From positions 1,736,001 to 1,800,000 of the forward strand of contig NC_047015.1 of the NCBI RefSeq assembly GCF_902652985.1: a DNA stretch of 64,000 bases, given 5' to 3'. Below are positions 60,785 to 64,000 of this stretch, in pieces. The notes beneath the pieces are model-generated. The model ran no database searches. It was not told the origin of the DNA and saw only the letters and a program-made list of their open reading frames with translations. The stretch's first letter is position 1. The number at the start of each line of letters is the position of its first letter. A program made the position numbers and the translations under genes. This DNA is from Pecten maximus. Its lineage: Eukaryota.

Positions 60785-63051
60785 TTAGCTCACCTGCCCG
60801 AAGGGCAAGTGAGCTTATGCCATGGTGCGGCGTCCCGCCGTCCGTCCGTCCGGCCGTCCGGCCGTCCGTCCGGCGTCAACTTTTTCATTTAAACAACTTC
60901 TTCTCAATAACCAAGAGGCTCAGGAACTTCATATTGGGCCTGTAGCATGCTGGGGTGAAGGGCTACCAAGTTTGTTCAAAGAAATGACCTTGACCTTCAT
61001 TCAAGGTTACAGAGGTGAAATAGGCTATAATCTTCAAACGACTTCTTCTCAATAACCAAGAGGCCCAGGGACTTGATATTAGGCCTGTAGCATGCTGGGA
61101 TCAAGGGCTACCAAGATTGTTCAAAGAAATGACCTTGACCTTCATTCAAGGTCACATGGGTGAAATAGGCTATAATCTTCAAATGACTTCTTCTCAATAG
61201 CCAAGAGGCCCAGGGACTTGATATTAGGCCTGTAGCATGCTGGGATCAAGGGCTACCAAGTTTGTTCAAAGAAATGACCTTGGCCTTCATTCAAGGTCAC
61301 ATTGGGCAAATAGGCTGTAATCTTCAAACAACTTCTTCTCAATAACCAAGAGGCCCAGGGACTTGATATTGGGCCTGTAGCATGCTTGGGTGAAGGGCTA
61401 CCAAGTTTGTTCAAAGAAATGACCTTGACCTTCATTCAAGGTCACATGGGGCAAAAAGGCTGTAATCTTCAAACAACTTCTTCTCAATAACCAAGAGGCC
61501 TAGGGACTTGATATTAGTCCTGTAGCATGCTGGGATGAAGGGCTACAAAGTTTGTTCAAATAAATGACCTTGACCTTCATTCAAGGTCACAGAGGTGAAA
61601 TAGGCTATAATCTTCAAACAACTTCTTCCCAATAACCAAGAGGCCCAGGGACTTGATATTAAGCCTGTAGCATGCTGGGGTGAAGGGCTACCAAGTTTGT
61701 TCAAATAAATGACCTTGACCTTCATTCAAGGTCACAGAGGTGAAATAGGCTATAATCTTCAAACAACTTCTTCCCAATAACCAAGAGGCCCAGGGACTTG
61801 ATATTAGGCCTGTAGCATGCTGGGGTGAAGGGCTACCAAGTTTGTTCAAATAAATGACCTTGACCTTCATTCAAGGTCACAGAGGTGAAAGAGGCTATAA
61901 TCTTCAAACAACTTCTTCGCAATAACCAAGAGGCCCAGGGACTTGATATTGGGCCTGTAGCATGCTGGGATCAAGGGCTACCAAGTTTGTTCAAAGAAAT
62001 GACCTTGACCTTCATTCAAGGTCACATGGGTGAAATAGGCTATAATCTTCAAACAACTTCTTTGCAATAACCAAGAGGCCCAGGGACTTGATATTAGGCC
62101 TGTAGCATGCTGGGGTGAAGGGCTACCAAGTTTGTTCAAATAAATGACCTTGACCTTCATTCAAGGTCACATGGGTGAAATAGGCTATAATCTTCAAACA
62201 ACTTCTTCGCAATAACCAAGAGGCTCAGGGACTTGATATTAGGCCTGTAGCATGCTGGGGTGAAGGGCTACCAAGTTTGTTCAAATAAATGACCTTGACC
62301 TTCATTCAAGGTCACAGAGGTGAAATAGGCTATAATCTTCAAACGACTTCTTCTCAATAACCAAGAGGCCCAGGGACTTGATATTGGGCATGTAGCATGC
62401 TGGGATCAAGGGCTGCCAAGTTTGTTCAAATAAATGACCTTGACCTTCATTCAAGGTCACATTGGTCAAATAGGCTATAATCTTCAAACAACTTCTTCTC
62501 AATAACCAAGAGGCCCAGGGACTTGATACTAGGCCTGTAACATGCTGGGATGAAGGACTACAAAGTTTGTTCAAATAAATGACCTTGGCCTTCATTCAAG
62601 GTCACATGGGTCAAATAGGTTATAATCTTCAAACGATTCTTCTGAATAACCAAGAGGCCCAGGGACTTGATATTGGGCCTGTAGCATGCTGGGATGAAGG
62701 ACTACCAAGTTTGTTCAAATAGATGACCTTGACCTTCATTCAAGGTCACAGGGGTCAAATAGGCTATAATCTTCAAATCACTTCTTCTCAATAACCAAGA
62801 GGCCCAGGGACTTGATATTTGGCCTGTTTGTAGCATGCACAGAGCTTAGAGTCACCAAGATCCGATCTTAGGCCAATAGAATGCTTGAATGAAGGACTAG
62901 AAAATATATTGACATGAATAAACCTAGCTTACTCTGATATTTGAATAAAGTTGTTATCTGAATCAGCATAGTATCTGTAGAAATGACCTCAATCAACTGC
63001 AAATTTGCTGTAGAGCCAGGTGAGCGATACAGGCCCATTGGGCCTCTTGTT
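60785..63051 (+). mobile_element. Non-autonomous Helentron-associated element (HINE/pearl-like) carrying a 145-bp satellite array (~13.5 copies)
   Basis: 5' TT-AGCTCACCTG subTIR with hairpin GCCCGAAGGGC, (GTCC)n microsatellite, central 145-bp repeats, 3' CAGGTGAGC subTIR and palindrome AGGCCCATTGGGCCT-CTTGTT. Confidence 0.88.
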
Positions 63052-63369
63052 AATTAGTACCCCCTGTTTCCATGGTGCATGTAGGGACTGGTTGGTGATC
63101 CATACACATAATCACTATCATGCTTACCATTATGTTACAAAGAGTAATAAAGAATCAGATGAGCAATATATACTACAACAGAATACAAGCATGAGCAATA
63201 TATACTACAACAAAACAGAAGGTTGGTTTGCTTACAAGACTAATGTGTTCATATACTCGTACAGAAAGATTAACCGTTTATGCTACTGATTTAAACCGAT
63301 CATCAATTACCATCCTCAACCAATTTCCCAACTAAATGATGGTTCCAGATGTAATATTGAGGTCACTTT

Positions 63370-63565
63370 GTTTAGGCCCATGCCAGGAAATGGAAGGTGG
63401 GGGTGGCATATAGTGTAACCCATGTCCGTCCCATTTCGTCCTAATGCAATGTAACTAGCTAGCTAATCTCAGGAACTGCTCACTAAACGTTCCTCACCAA
63501 ACTTTCGGGCTGTCAAGTGGCAGTGGGGCATATACATGTATATGCTTTCCAGACATTTTCTAGTT
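63370..63565 (+). mobile_element. Possible short degenerate HINE-like element
   Basis: GGCATATAGTGTAACCCATGTCCGTCC head and GGGGCAT...ACATTTTCTAGTT tail resemble bivalve Helentron-associated repeats as recalled. Confidence 0.35.
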
Positions 63566-63946
63566 TTATATTTTTTCAGATTTGTGCTTCAAATTTGAGG
63601 TACCATTTGAAAATGGCCAGCTGTCTCTGCCAGCATTATTCACAAATTTGATTTCGCAGTCATCATTCCTGTGTTATAATATCAATTTATCTTATACTTT
63701 CAGAGCAGATACATATATATGGACTTAAGTGTTATTACAACAATTGATATGTTTGTGTAGAGTTAATGTAATCTTCTACCAGAAATCTGTCATAAAGCTC
63801 ACTTTAGTAAGTTTGGGGTGCAGAGCAAGTATAACATAACAGTTCTATGTTACAGGAAAATTTAAATAGGTATTGTTTCATAAGGTTTGATTACTGAATA
63901 CCATAGTGTACATGTTATTTGATTTATTTCTTTTCATTTATTTCAG

Positions 63947-64000
63947 ATTTCAAAAATTCTAAAGAAACTGGAATCAGAAAAAACAGTAGACGATTTACAG
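63947..64000 (+). CDS. Probable second exon of the plus-strand gene (ISKILKKLESEKTVDDLQ...), reaches the window end
   Basis: Strong polypyrimidine acceptor TTTCTTTTCATTTATTTCAG|; open in phase 0. Confidence 0.6.
   Translation, partial: MSKILKKLESEKTVDDLQ

Overview
Eukaryotic, AT-rich, intron-containing genomic DNA. The repeat families and gene structures suggest a mollusc, probably a bivalve (inference). By hand estimate about 40% of the window is tandem repeat: more than 25 unrelated minisatellite arrays with 24-71 bp units, plus a 145-bp satellite inside a Helentron-associated (HINE-like) element. Three genes can be supported. (i) A 5-coding-exon minus-strand gene (35273->25305) for an uncharacterised ~615-aa single-pass membrane protein with a long disordered Tyr/Pro-rich tail and an apparent 1-nt frameshift. 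(ii) A 3-exon minus-strand 3-mercaptopyruvate sulfurtransferase (MPST, CGSGVT loop); both splice sites of its catalytic-loop intron are tandemly amplified. (iii) The start of an unidentified plus-strand gene, head-to-head with MPST. Mobile elements are two decayed mariners, an L1/Tx1 remnant, two CR1-group LINEs, several MITEs, a 160-bp palindromic element, and a Penelope-like GIY-YIG element with long inverted termini carrying minimal U3:A8-variant hammerhead ribozyme motifs (a third, covarying copy lies at 23.1 kb). No CRISPR array, tRNA or rRNA was seen. Most long ORFs in the track are artefacts of the tandem repeats. Repeat boundaries are approximate.
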